A stretch of 64,000 nt of DNA from Eledone cirrhosa. Lineage: Eukaryota. The notes under the pieces were generated by a model, which ran no database searches, was not told where the DNA came from, and saw only the letters and a list, made by a program, of their open reading frames with translations. Positions 1 to 12,871 of the stretch are shown piece by piece. A program made the translations under genes and the position numbers. Numbering within the stretch: position 1 is the first letter of the stretch; each line of letters begins with the position of its first letter. Location of the stretch: the NCBI GenBank assembly GCA_964016885.1, contig OZ024757.1:24180001-24244000 (forward strand), in the 5' to 3' direction.

Positions 1-1080
1 TATTCTTTGGCTGACTCGTGTGTGCCGGGTGGCCTGGATCTCTGGAATGGTACCTAAGCAATGGCGATCAGGATTGATAAAGCCAATTTTCCGAGAGATT
101 GTTCCAATTACAGAGGGATCTCCTTGTTAAGCCTCCCTGGTAAGGTCTATGCTAAGTATCTGGCAAAGAGATACAAGGACATTGTCGTGTACAAGCAAGC
201 TGATGAATAGTGTGGTTTTCCCCCTGTACACAGCACAGCTGACCAAATATTCACACTACAGCAGGTATTCTAGAAATCGTGGGAGTATTGCCAAGAAGTA
301 TATTTTTGTTTTGTCGACCTTCAAAAGCATATGACCGCGTTCCTCGGGACCTGCTGTGGAAGGTTATGTAAGAGTATGAGATCAATGGTCAGCTTCTTGT
401 TGCTGTGATGCCCGAGTATTTGTATTTGCAGACGACATGGTGTTACTTAACTCGACAGAAGGTGATCTCCGACTTTCACTCGATAGGTTTGATGCCAAGG
501 GCTGCATGACTGGAAGGAAAATCAGTGCTGCGAAAACTGAGACATTTATCCTCTCAAGGAAGCCTGCGTAGTGCACTCTACTTATAAATGAAGTTCCACT
601 GAAGCAGATGGAGAGGTTCAAATCTCTGTGGACCGTGTTGACGAGTGATGGAAGGCAGGAAGCCAAATTAAGTGTAAGAATTGTAGGAGCTGGGGCAGTA
701 ACGCGTCACCTTCAGCATTCTGTAATCAGAAGACGGGAGGTAGGTGTTAAAGCCAAACTCGCTGTCTTCAATTCGGTATTCGTGCCAAACCTAACCTGTA
801 GCCATGCATCTTGGGAAATGTTTGAAAGAATTCGATCGCGAATACAAGCGGCCGAAATGGAGTTCCTCCAAATGGTGTTTAGAGTAACATTACTCGATTT
901 AATGTGTGGCTCGGAGATCAGAGAGTCACTCCAGCTAGAGCCGGTAATTCTCTGAATTGAGAGATCACGGCTTGTCTGGTCTCGCTTGGGGATTCAGTCA
1001 TATCAGTTGGAGACGGTTGCTTCTGACAGGACAAGCTGGAAGAAGTGTTTGAGCACTCTGCCCTATGAGCCTCTCAGGAA
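1..1080 (+). mobile_element. decayed RTE-clade LINE (Rex3/Expander-like), RT to 3' end
   Basis: CSNYRGISLLSLPGKVYAK, FADD, ERIRSRIQAAEMEFL; many stops and frameshifts. Confidence 0.8.
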
Positions 1081-1205
1081 TAAGTGGGTGAAGCAGAAGG
1101 AGATATGTATAGAAGATTTTCTTTAAATACACATCCGTGCATTTCCACTCGAGTGAGTACAAATAGAGGAAGAGAGAGAAAACAACATAGTTATGTATTT
1201 ATATT

Positions 1206-1211
1206 TTTATT
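1206..1211 (-). terminator. candidate polyadenylation signal of IF gene 1
   Basis: AATAAA on minus followed by GT/T-rich TGTTGTTTTCTCTC; an alternative AATAAA lies at 1749-1754. Confidence 0.45.
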
Positions 1212-1852
1212 GCCCTTTTTTTTATACAATTCAAAGAAAAAAACATTAGGAAACGTATTTCAATGTAATAAATGAACACATAATGCACTCTTAACTGCTA
1301 GAAAACTTAATCATATATCGAAAATATTGCTGCCTATGTTTCTGGATTTTCTACTTCATAGATTTGCTATACGTATATCTTTGTGTGATTATATATAGCA
1401 CACATACCAGTCTAACATGTTAAGGAGCAACATTTAGCAGAGAGCAGTCATGTTGTTGTCTTATCTCGATTCCTATATAAGCAGCCATTATGGACACCAT
1501 GGTTACAAGTTATATCAAGCGAAAGCGTTTTTTAATATTTTATAATGAATCGTGTAGCAATGGCCCAGAAAAACATATAGCACTGAAAACTGAATGCAAT
1601 CTTGTTCCTTATAATTCTTGCCTTAAATTTAAGAGAAATGCGTAACGTTTTTTTAAAAACATTTAAGTTAAATTTTTCAGAAGATTTCTTTAAAATTATG
1701 ATTTTACGGGAAGTGTAAGTATTACTAATGTTATTTTTATGAAGCAATTTTATTATCAAAAAAGCTACGTTCTGAAACTTGGTGTTAACTTCAACAAACC
1801 AATGGATACTTCTCAGTGGAGAAAGAGGGCACACAATTTCACAGGTCAATCT

Positions 1853-1885
1853 TTAGTTCAGTTTGATGTTAAGGACAGCGATTTC
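1853..1885 (-). CDS. IF gene 1 exon 11 (last coding exon; no CaaX)
   Basis: acattttccag| EIAVLNIKLN then TAA; parallels paralog EKAFLNVKFTE*. Confidence 0.88.
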   Translation of the reverse strand, partial: EIAVLNIKLN

Positions 1886-2462
1886 CTGGAAAATGTATAT
1901 TAAGAATCGAATAAGAAATACTGAGATCGATTAAGGTATTTGTGTGACAATAAGGTTTTCCAGCTTGTATTAAACTATTAACAGTCATACAGCGTGATTC
2001 AAAGTACACACACACACACCCTTACACATAAAGACACACGCACACACACACACACATACACACACACCCACACACACAGATACACACACACACGTATATA
2101 TATGCGCGTGTGTGTGTGTGTGTGTGAATAATTACGAAGAAATGGTGGTATTTTTTCATATAATAATAAACTCAATAACCTGTTATAGACATTTCCGGAT
2201 ATGCCTATTGACCCTTACGTAATGTATTTCCAGCAAACAAGCCTTCATCAGACGGCTGGACTAAGACAATTTTATAAGTTCACGATTTTCCTTGAATGTC
2301 CGGTGCCTGTCTGTTTCACTTGCCCGAATTTGAACTATGATTTATAGTTATATTTTAATCTCATATTATCGTTTAGTGTTCTGTTGTCAGTCATTATATA
2401 TCTGTGTGTGTTGCGTGTATAATGACAAAAGTGTGTTTAAGCAAAGAACTGATATATCTTAC

Positions 2463-2582
2463 CTTCTGTTTGTCATCAAACAAAGTAATTGTCGATGGAC
2501 TGGTCAGAGAGCTCCATTCAGTGACACTGTTAGATACAATACCACCTTTTCCTGCCTTACTGTTGTGTTTTGATCCCCATAT
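2463..2582 (-). CDS. IF gene 1 exon 10 (lamin-tail domain)
   Basis: atctttag| ... |gtaaga; 120 nt; IWGSKHNSKAGKGGIVSNSVTEW...TITLFDDKQK. Confidence 0.92.
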
Positions 2583-2612
2583 CTAAAGATGGATGATGAT
2601 GATGATGATAAC

Positions 2613-2671
<59 letters not shown>

Positions 2672-2756
2672 TTTCTTTATTAACTACAAGTGTTGACATA
2701 AAGTATAACATTAAGGACAGCACAGGACGGTACAGAATGGTGTAGAAAGACTACAA

Positions 2757-3870
2757 AAAGCCATGGCCACCCTGACCGCTAGGGCAAACACCTTCTCCCA
2801 GTTTTCCTCCTACGATACTACAGGAACACGCTCAGGACAGGTCCATTCACACGGGCCATTCTTTTTTCTCTTCCCCACCTTTGAACAAACTGGCTAATTT
2901 TCCTTTTCAGGTGAAACCTTAAAAAGTTAATGCGGGCGTCACTGAAGAGCAAAGTGCCCGTCTTCAACCCTTTCAGACGCGTCCACCATACGCCCTCTTT
3001 TACCATGACCACCAGGCAGATAAAAACTGCCTGCCCTTCCTGGTGAAAGGAGGGTGGCGGGACAATCTTCATGATGGACTCAGCTGATAGCCAGATCCGT
3101 CCCTCACGCGACAAATATTCGACATAAATCCACAAGTCAGCGATGCTCGAACACTGGACGAGTGTGTGCAGGACGATCTCGTCGCCCGACGCGCATTTCG
3201 GCAGGCTCGGCTGACGGCACTTCCATGACTGTAAAGTTTATCTCGGACTGGCAACGCTCGCCGATAACACTGCCAGGTCAGGGACTTCTGGAAGTTATCC
3301 ATTGGCGCTGGATCGAAAGTCCTCCCGATGAGGATAGTTGACTTTCGTTTACACCTAGAGTTTCCCCAAGGACGTCGTCTTTCTTGCTTTTCACTAACCC
3401 TCTATAGCACGCCAAGGTGGAGTTTCCACCGATCGCATCGCCTGACTGGTCGTGGGCTGTGCGGGCCTGAAGACATTCCAGATTCCAAGCGCTTCCTCTC
3501 TGTCTTTGCTTGACCTAGGATTACATCTCCGTCAAGGAGACGAGCTGGGGGAAAACGTGTTTAGCAAACGGCGACCAAACGTGTTCACCGTTGTGGAAGA
3601 GGTGGAGATGCCGTAGCCTGCACGGCATGCCCAGCCCTCCACGTAGCGGGTGTTGACAGCAGATGGACAAAAAGTGAAAGAGTAGACGCTCCAGTGCAGT
3701 CAGACGTGGGCTAAGACAAGGCACGACGGCCAGGCGGTAGTAGATAGCTTCCCCTCGGCCCATTTCTGGGTGAGAGTAGCCACCTTGAACGTTAGCGCGT
3801 CCCTGCTTTTGTTCTGACTTAGGCACGCACAAGGCGAACAATGTTGGGGGACGGTAAAATCGACCCCAGT
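2757..3870 (-). mobile_element. decayed Tx1/L1-clade LINE 3' fragment
   Basis: GGLGMP, then MDNFQKSLTWQCYRRALPVRDKL and a Cys/His knuckle region; second copy at 55195-55950. Confidence 0.7.
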
Positions 3871-4020
3871 GCATTACTGTTACTTTATTTTATCGACCCG
3901 CCGAAGTTAGCTTTGCCTTTCATCGCTGCGAGTTCGATCAAATGAAATATCAATAACGCACTGAGGTCAATTAAACCGACTTCCCCACCCCCAAAACGGT
4001 TGGCCTTGTGCCGAAATCAA

Positions 4021-4211
4021 CGGTGGATTGGCAGTATCGGTAGTGGGTCGGACGCCATGCTTTGCAGCAAAGAGTTACGGCCCTTTATGATCTGAGTTCA
4101 AATCCCACCGAGGTTAACTTTGCCTTTCATCCTTATGGGGTCGATAAAATAAAGTAGCAGTAATACCTTGGGATAATTGCTGGCCTTGTGCCAAAAGTAG
4201 AAACAATTATT
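4021..4211 (+). mobile_element. tRNA-derived SINE family 1
   Basis: TGGCAGTATCGG A-box-like, GAGTTCAAATCC B-box, core GCCTTTCATCCTTAYGGGGTCGATAAAATAAAGTA, (ATT)n tail; more than 10 copies in the window. Confidence 0.85.
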
Positions 4212-4231
4212 ACATTTAAAACCAAACTTAC

Positions 4232-4342
4232 CTTTACGGATTTACCGGCAGAAAAGACATTGCCGTCGGAAAATGTATGGGAAATGGGTTTGTTACTGCC
4301 TACTTTTTGTGTCAATGCCCAGCCCTTCAGATTTGCTGTCTT
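4232..4342 (-). CDS. IF gene 1 exon 9 (lamin-tail domain)
   Basis: ttctaattacag| ... |gtaagt; 111 nt; KTANLKGWALTQKVG...HTFSDGNVFSAGKSVK. Confidence 0.92.
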
Positions 4343-4466
4343 CTGTAATTAGAAAGAATTCATACAGTATACCAGAGACAACAGGTAACAACGACTATGT
4401 ATTGGTTGATGACACTGAACTGTGTGAATTATGTGTATGACTTTGTATGTTTTAAAGAGAAGATGG

Positions 4467-4538
<72 letters not shown>

Positions 4539-4973
4539 CATTTTAATAGTGAGTTAACTGAACAGGGTTGTGCAATCCCCACTCTAGTTGGTCAGCGGTG
4601 GAGAAGATACGATAAAGCGTTCAACATGTATAAATTGTCTAAGCTGGAGTATTAAAGAGAACGAAAGCCACATGCAGTTGTGTGTAACTTTATTTCTATA
4701 TCCACGATATATATTTCGACGACGAAGTAGTGCTATTTCTACCCAATCTTTCACCTCGACCTCAGGAAGATCACTAACTTGTGGACCCCCCCCCCCTCCA
4801 GCGAAATATAAATTGTAGATATATAAATAAACTTATACACAACTGCATATGCAATTCGCTGTATTTAATAATATATTATATATATAACAGAAGTCCGACG
4901 AGCTTTTGATTCCAGAGTCGGGCCAGATCGAACCTTGAGCGTGCACACGCACGCACACACACGCACACATACG

Positions 4974-5076
<103 letters not shown>

Positions 5077-5371
5077 TGGAGGGTGTATATGAAAACATAT
5101 ATAAACAAACAATAAACGTTACGTTTATTATACAATAAACATATTGGTAACTACGGGTAGCCTCACTCTTAAAGAAACATTTTTTTCGTAACGAAAACAT
5201 TATTTTCCTCGATGAATGTATCAGCGAGTTGCCAAGTCAGTTTTGAGAATGTCAGACATCACTGTTTCACGTTTTTTTTAATCACTCTACTCGTGATACT
5301 CCTAATTTATTAATATATATATAGTGAAGTTGCAACTTCGGTTGTACTCATTATTATTATTTATTATTATT

Positions 5372-5765
5372 GATTGGCAGTATCGGTAGAGGGTCGGACG
5401 CCATGCTTTCCAGCATAGTTACGTCCCTTTACGATCTGAGTTCAAATCCCGCCGAGGTTGACTTTGCCTTTCATCCTTACGGGGTCGATAAAATAAAGTA
5501 CCAGTAATGCACTGGATAATTGCTGGCCTTGTGCCTAAAGTAGAAACAATTATTATTATTTCATTCATCTATGGCGATGGATTGGCAGTATCGGTAGAGG
5601 GTCGGACGCCATGCTTTGACGCATAGAGTTACGGCCCTTGCCATTCTGAGGTCAAATCCCGCCGAAGTTAACTTTGCCTTTCATCCTTACCGGGTCGATA
5701 AAATAAAGTACCAGTAATGCACTGGGTATGTGCTGGTCTTGTGCCAAAAGTAGAAACAATTATTA
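5372..5765 (+). mobile_element. two tandem SINE family 1 copies
   Basis: Same consensus as 4021-4211, at about 5372-5560 and 5573-5765. Confidence 0.85.
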
Positions 5766-5829
5766 TTTCATTCATCTTGCTTTATGTTCATATGAGTTAT
5801 CACCAAGTCACAACTAGTGACCTCAAGAG

Positions 5830-6468
5830 ACAAGGTCCACCATGTTCAAGAAAGAACACACATGTATCTTTAGGTGTTTAGACTTGTGATGTACTTATAT
5901 TGATAGAATCTTCCTTAGTATATAGGCAGTTCCCATTAGTACTATCTTTTGTATTTCTTCTATACGCGGGTTTCCTGGGATTTGGGATAAGTAATCATTA
6001 GACCCCTTAGCTATCATTCCTAGAGCGCCTACAACTACTGGTATTATTTTAGTTCTCAACTTCCACATTTTTCCAATTTCTATCTCCAGGTCTTTATACT
6101 TGCTCAATTTTTCAAATGTTTTTATAGATATATTCTTGTCTATAGGAACTGACATATCAATTAGCAGGCTTATCCTCTTTTTAAAGTATTATATCAGGTC
6201 TATTTGCATCTATTTTTCGGTCTGTTTGGATGCTAAAGTTCCACAAAATTGAGATGTGACCTTTTTCAAGTATGGGAGCTGGTTGATGCTCCCACCAATT
6301 CTTTTGATGGGGAATGTCAAAATGCTTACACATTACCCAATATATGTATTTTGCAGCTCTGTTGTGCCTGTTTAGGTATTCGGTTGGAGCTATAGGACTG
6401 TACATTGAAATTATATGATCAATGGTCTCTGGTTGTTTTTTACATATACGGCATAATGGGTTGCAAGT
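5830..6468 (-). mobile_element. R4/Dong-like RLE LINE 3' fragment
   Basis: CRICK..PETIDHI, RHN, WWEHQP, NRPDII, KYKDL, IPVVVGALG (CCHC plus restriction-like endonuclease). Confidence 0.8.
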
Positions 6469-6469
6469 G

Positions 6470-7820
6470 CTTACAAATATATACAGCATACTAAAGATAA
6501 CACTAGTAGGTACTGTATGTATATTATATAGAGTACCAACAGGACTTACAAATATATACAGCATACAAAAGATAACACTAGTAGGTACTGTATATATATT
6601 ATATAGAGTACCACAGGACTTACAAATATATACAGCATACAAAAGATAGCACTACTAGGTACTGTATATACATTATATAGAGTACCACAGGACTTACAAA
6701 TATATACAGTATACAGAAGATAGCACTACTAGGTACTGTATATATATTATATAGAGTACCTCAGGACTTACAAATATATACAGTATACAAAAGATAGCAC
6801 TACTAGGTACTGTATATACATTATATAGAGTACCACAGGACTTACAAATATATACAGTATACAGAAGATAGCACTACTAGGTACTGTATGTATATTATAT
6901 AGAGTACCACAGGACTTACAAATATATACAGCATACAAAAGATAACACTACTAGGTACTGTATATACGTTATATAGAGTACCAACAGGACTTACAAATAT
7001 ATACAGAATACAAAAGATAACACTACTAGGTACTGTATATACATTATATAGAGTACCACAGGACTTACAAATATATACAGTATACAAAAGATAGCTTAAC
7101 TAGGTACTGTATATACGTTATATAGAGTACCACAGGACTTACAAATATATATATATATATATATATACAGTATACAGAAGATAGCACTACTAGGTACTGT
7201 ATATATATTATATAGAGTACCACAGGACTTACAAATATATACAGTATACAAAAGATAGCACTACTAGGTACTGTATATATATTATATAGAGTACCACAGG
7301 ACTTACAAATATATATACAGCATACAAAAGATAGCACTACTAGGTACTGTATATATATTATATAGAGTACCACAGGACTTACAAATATATACAGCATACA
7401 AAAGATAGCACTACTAGGTACTGTATATATATTATATAGAGTACCACAGGACTTACAAATATATATACAGCATACAAAAGATAGGACTACTAGGTACTGT
7501 ATATATATTATATAGAGTACCACAGGACTTACAAATATATACAGCATACAAAAGATAGCACTACTAGGTACTGTATATATATTATATAGAGTACCACAGG
7601 ACTTACAAATATATATACAGCATACAAAAGATAGCACTACTAGGTACTGTATATATATTATATAGAGTACCACAGGACTTACAAATATATATACAGCATA
7701 CAAAAGATAGCACTACTAGGTACTGTATATATATTATATAGAGTACCACAGGACTTACAAATATATACAGCATACAACAGATAGCACTACTAGGTACTGT
7801 ATATATATTACAGAAAGTAC
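6470..7820 (+). repeat. ~74 bp minisatellite, about 18 copies
   Basis: Unit CTTACAAATATATACAGCATACAAAAGATAGCACTACTAGGTACTGTATATATATTATATAGAGTACCACAGGA. Confidence 0.95.
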
Positions 7821-7917
7821 TATCAATACAATAGAAACAACATCAGCAAAAACTACACTGCACTTACCCTAGGCACACAGAGCTGTGCTCGATAAAGCAG
7901 TGATGATGCGCAATAAA

Positions 7918-7953
<36 letters not shown>

Positions 7954-8039
7954 TTATTATTACTATTATTATTATTGTTCTTTGAGTCTCAGTCATTGAT
8001 GTTATTTAACTGGAAAGTTTGTTGAAATGAATATCAAGC

Positions 8040-8830
8040 CACTACCTGCAGCCTCAGACATTCAGGACGTACCGGAGGGTTCTTGCTGTTCCCAGCAAGC
8101 ATGCCTTTTGAAGTGTTCCAAAAAGCGGGGCTGGACTAATCTTCTTTAACCATCCTTGGAAACTCTGTGATAGTGCCTAGTGCTCCTGTGACAATCGGGA
8201 CGACCTTGATTTCATGGCAGTTCCAAATCCTTTTTAACTCCCACTTTAAATCTTGGTATCGGTTAATTTTCTCCCTCTCCTTTTCTTGCACTCTCGTGTC
8301 AAATGGGCAGGCTACATCTACAATCAGGCACGATCTTTTTTCCTTCTCCAAACCCACCAGATCAGACCCATTGTGTTCTAATTTGTTGTCCGTCTGTATC
8401 CTAAAATCCCATAGCACCTTCACCTGATTTTTTTCTATCACTGACTCTGGCTTATGCTCATACCACTTCTCAGAATGTGGTAAATTGTTTAGTTTGCATA
8501 GATTCCAGTGGATCACGCTGCCTATTACATCATGTCTCCAGCCTTTATAGTGAGTCTCGGATACAATGTGAGCCACAATCTCCTCTCTCTACAGATCCTA
8601 CACAGTCAATATGGTGTTTCACCCACTCCGTTCTGAGGGCTTGCTCTTGCGCAGCCATTATCATTCCTTCTGTAGCTTATTTAAGGTCTCCTCTTTTTAA
8701 CCAGTTCCATGTCTGTGGATCTCTAAATTCCGTTTTCTTAAAGAAGGTGCTATGAAGGGATTTTTCATGAAGGTTGTTCTACCTCTTTGTTGTTATTTCC
8801 ATCCCTGGTCTATTGTCTTCTCATTCAGTA
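8040..8830 (-). mobile_element. R4/Dong-like RLE LINE 3' fragment
   Basis: RHD, WYEHKP, LWDFRIQTD, VDVACPFD, RYQDL, VPIVTGALG; next to (AAT)n; near-identical fragment at 53885-54350. Confidence 0.82.
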
Positions 8831-9050
8831 CAAGTTTGAGCATTGACTCACCCCCTATCGGGGAATTTATTTTGTTATATTTATACATTGTTTATTTTAT
8901 ATTTTTATAATTTCATTGTTAAATTAGTCTTGCCATTGTGCACCTTTACTCGACCTTATTGTAAACCCCCACTGTCCCTGTCTTTGTATTGTCCCCTACA
9001 TGTCGGCCCTTGTGGTTAATAAATGAAATCATTATTATTATTATTATTTA

Positions 9051-9256
9051 GGGCGGTGGAGTAGCAGTATCGATAGAGGGTCGGACGCCATGCTTTCCAG
9101 CATAGTTACGTCCCTTTACGATCTGAGTTCAAATCCCGCCGAGGTTGACTTTGCCTTTCATCCTTACGGGGTCGATAAAATAAAGTACCAGTAATGCACT
9201 GGGTAATTGCTGGCCTTGTGCCTAAAGTAGAAACAATTATTATTATTATTATTATT
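9051..9256 (+). mobile_element. SINE family 1, full length
   Basis: GGGCGGTGG start, flanked by (ATT)n on both sides. Confidence 0.88.
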
Positions 9257-9564
9257 GGAGTCTCAGTCATTGATATTATTTAACTAGAAAGTTTGTTCAA
9301 ATGAACATCAACCCGCTAGCAAAGAACACAGTACAATGAAAAATATATTAGCTTAACGGTTGATATAGTAGGAAACTGTCTACATTTATCGTGTAATTAT
9401 ACGAACATATGGCACTACCTGGTGGGTCCAACAATGGAAACTTTCGTGTTGGTGTTCCTTTGCAGTAGCGTCTTTATATTTTACTGTATCATATCATAAT
9501 TATACCTGATTAACGTCTTTCTTTTTTATATTAAATTAAGGCATCAAATAAACGTCTTTCTTAC

Positions 9565-9674
9565 CTTTGGAAATGTGGCAGTGTCCTCAATTTCAATATA
9601 TTCTCCATCGGTTTCTAACTCGATGATGCTCACAGTTCCTGAACTAGAACGGCTCATGGTCATTTTGCCTCCAG
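9565..9674 (-). CDS. IF gene 1 exon 8 (start of lamin-tail domain)
   Basis: ctttacag| ... |gtaaga; 110 nt; GGKMTMSRSSSGTVSIIELETDGEYIEIED. Confidence 0.92.
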
Positions 9675-10096
9675 CTGTAAAGTTATACATAGATGGATAC
9701 ATATATATATATATATATATAGGTATAATTCAACTTAGCTGAAAACACAATGCTTTTATAGTTCAAATCACTATATTCATTTCTACGACCGTTTCGATTC
9801 ATGGAAATGTAATGTAAATATCAATAACTACTTGCAGATTAATTAGTTAATTAATTAAATCAACAAACATTGCAATCACATTTCACAAATCTCCTGAAGA
9901 AATAAATTTTAGATTTATATTACGGATCACAGGCCTCGCACACCAGGCGTGAACAGAGTCTGATTTACCGCTTTAGGTCATGTTTCCCTCATGTACACAA
10001 TTCTCATCCCCAATTTCTTTGATACACAGTCCGTTATCACACGTGCGCTTGTACATTCACCCCTATACTCCTATAGCTCTCTTGTGGTCAGAAACA

Positions 10097-10159
<63 letters not shown>

Positions 10160-10197
10160 ATATTAACAAATGGAAATTATTTATAAAACCATATTTA

Positions 10198-10258
10198 TTT
10201 CATTATACATATTTCAAGGGCCACCGAGCAAACTATGGTGCGCTTTCATCAGATAAAA
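10198..10258 (-). ncRNA. minimal hammerhead ribozyme motif
   Basis: ttttat CTGATGA AAGCGCACC-ATAGTTTGCTC-GGTGGCCCTT GAAA TATGTATA atgaa, followed by AATAAA. Confidence 0.7.
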
Positions 10259-10447
10259 TATAATATAGGTTAGTTTTATAAATAAATATTGACATACCCT
10301 TAAAAAATGCAACCATTCTGGTTGGAATCTCCTGGATAATTTTGATAATTATGATATGATACAGTAAATTAACACTCTTTGATTAGTATATATATATATA
10401 TAGTGACGTAACATAAGTCAATTGCATGAACTCATAATCCTTTATTT

Positions 10448-10503
10448 ACTGCTATATATATTTCGATAATAGCCATTGAATGGCTATGACCTCATCAGGC
10501 AGT
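10448..10503 (-). ncRNA. minimal hammerhead ribozyme motif (family A)
   Basis: ACTGC CTGATGA GGTCATAGCCA-TTCAA-TGGCTATTATC GAAA TATATATA GCAGT, then AATAAA; within a ~135 bp repeat also found at 41050-41182. Confidence 0.85.
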
Positions 10504-10529
10504 TAGTCAGTTCTTAGATGTGCCAGCTC

Positions 10530-10572
<43 letters not shown>

Positions 10573-10742
10573 TAATCAAAGAGTGTTAATTTTTCATATT
10601 TTTCGTCCAGTTATATTCATACTTGTAATTAGGCAATATTGTATATTACGTACCATATATATAACGAGGAGTTGTAGTAAGGAACCAGATGGAAAATAAC
10701 CGTCGAAACGGCTTGAGCTCTGCCGTCGGGGTCATACACTTT

Positions 10743-10776
<34 letters not shown>

Positions 10777-10842
10777 CGTGTGTGCAAAGGGTTTTAAAGT
10801 TATTTTAACGTTTTCGAAAAAGAACCTTTCTCTACAACTTAC

Positions 10843-10922
10843 ATTGAAGTGCATTTGACAATGCGCTCTCAGCCTCTGTCTGATATCCTCCTAAATTTGA
10901 TACCATTCCGGAAAAGCTCATC
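10843..10922 (-). CDS. IF gene 1 exon 7 (start of tail)
   Basis: tttcccatttacag| ... |gtaagt; 80 nt; MSFSGMVSNLGGYQTEAESALSNALQ; aligns with the paralog exon at 58859-58986. Confidence 0.92.
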
Positions 10923-11238
10923 CTGTAAATGGGAAATATATCTAAAGTGTAAATATTGTTGTTTAATCTGGAAATAATAATGTTGCATTTATTCAATTAT
11001 ATTCGAATTTATATTTCTAACGTATTAGATATTTTATCTTCGAATAAAACATCTGAAGTCTCCTAAAACATGGGATAGTCCAAAGTAAAATGTCTTTAAT
11101 CATATATCAACTCATTTGTGGTTGACGTGAGCTACGGTTAAACAACACCTATAACAGTTATGCAATATAATTGCATTATATTTACACGAAATTTTGCTAT
11201 TTTAGTATTTCATTTGAAGCAAAATAACCAAGATTTAC

Positions 11239-11459
11239 CTGCCCTCCTCTGCGTCAAGTAGTTTGCGATAGGCTGCAATTTCCAATTCCAAAGAAAGTTT
11301 AGCATCCATCAGATCCTGCAATTCTTTCATCACTGTCTCCATTTCGGTTTGTAAGCTCGTAATTTCAGATTGGTGTTGTGCTCTCTCAGATGTTAACTGA
11401 TCCTGTGACATTTCTAGTTCAGATTCTAAGGACCTAATCTTGTTCCTCATAGTAGCAAT
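11239..11459 (-). CDS. IF gene 1 exon 6 (end of coil 2)
   Basis: 221 nt; ELQDLMDAKLSLELEIAAYRKLLDAEEGR is the IF helix-termination motif; AG|gtaaat donor, phase 2. Confidence 0.97.
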
Positions 11460-11875
11460 CTATATAAATATAATAAGAAATACAATAATTCTTTACCAAG
11501 AACTATTTACACTTGTACCTGTACCAGCGTTCACGTGGGGTGTGTTGAGTCAACTTCACCCAATACATCTACAGCAGTTTGAACAGACGACCAGACATAA
11601 GCTCATGTTCCGTATCAGTCATGCCAAATTACATTATCATTTGACCTTCTCGCCGTTTACGTAATACCGTGAAGGAATCAGGTACAACTATATCACATAC
11701 GAGTTAAGCTTGTAGACGACAGAGTACAACAAAAGCAACGGTGGCGCCTATATGTAGGAGTTAAACTACAATTCATAATTAAACAAATACGCCACATACG
11801 GCATTCTTTAAGAAATAAATGCGAGACACGGAGGTCAGGTGTCCCATCTTTTATGCTCTTTCTCTCCTTCTCACT

Positions 11876-11961
<86 letters not shown>

Positions 11962-12448
11962 AGAAAAACCACAGACCCTCCATCTCAACTCACCTTTTGA
12001 AAAGCAGAAGAACTGCGAAAGCGGTAAAGGAACCAAATAAATATATATATTTTAAAAAAAAATAAGACTCCAGTTGCATTTTCGATCTAGTGGGTCCGGG
12101 TAAGTTTTTTACATTCATATAAATTATTGATTTATTGATATTTTATCTGAGTGAACCGAATCTTCCTGGTCGTTGTTTTTCGGCTGCATGGGTGATTTTA
12201 GGCATAATCTTTGTGTGTTGGTATTTTAACGATAGTTATAGCTCTGATTTATCTGAATTATTGAGCCCTCTGCCACTCATGTCGGATTTGTTTATCGTAA
12301 ATTCGTGAGCTGATTTTCCGATACTCGATTATTCTATTATATTATATATATGTATATATATATATGTATATATATGTATATATATGTTTATATATATATA
12401 TATATGTATATATATGTATATATATATATATGTATGTATATATATATG

Positions 12449-12493
<45 letters not shown>

Positions 12494-12498
12494 GTATG

Positions 12499-12566
<68 letters not shown>

Positions 12567-12588
12567 TATGTATGTATATATATATATG

Positions 12589-12628
<40 letters not shown>

Positions 12629-12680
12629 TATATGTATGTATATATATATATGTATGTATGTATATATATATGTATGTATG

Positions 12681-12721
<41 letters not shown>

Positions 12722-12763
12722 ATATATATATATATATGTATGTATATATATACATATATATAC

Positions 12764-12871
<108 letters not shown>

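Noticed and set aside
6470-7820. CRISPR-like or repeat-protein reading of the 74-bp array, and of the 42-bp and 133-bp arrays
   Set aside because: No unique spacers, no cas genes, eukaryotic context; 74 and 133 are not multiples of 3
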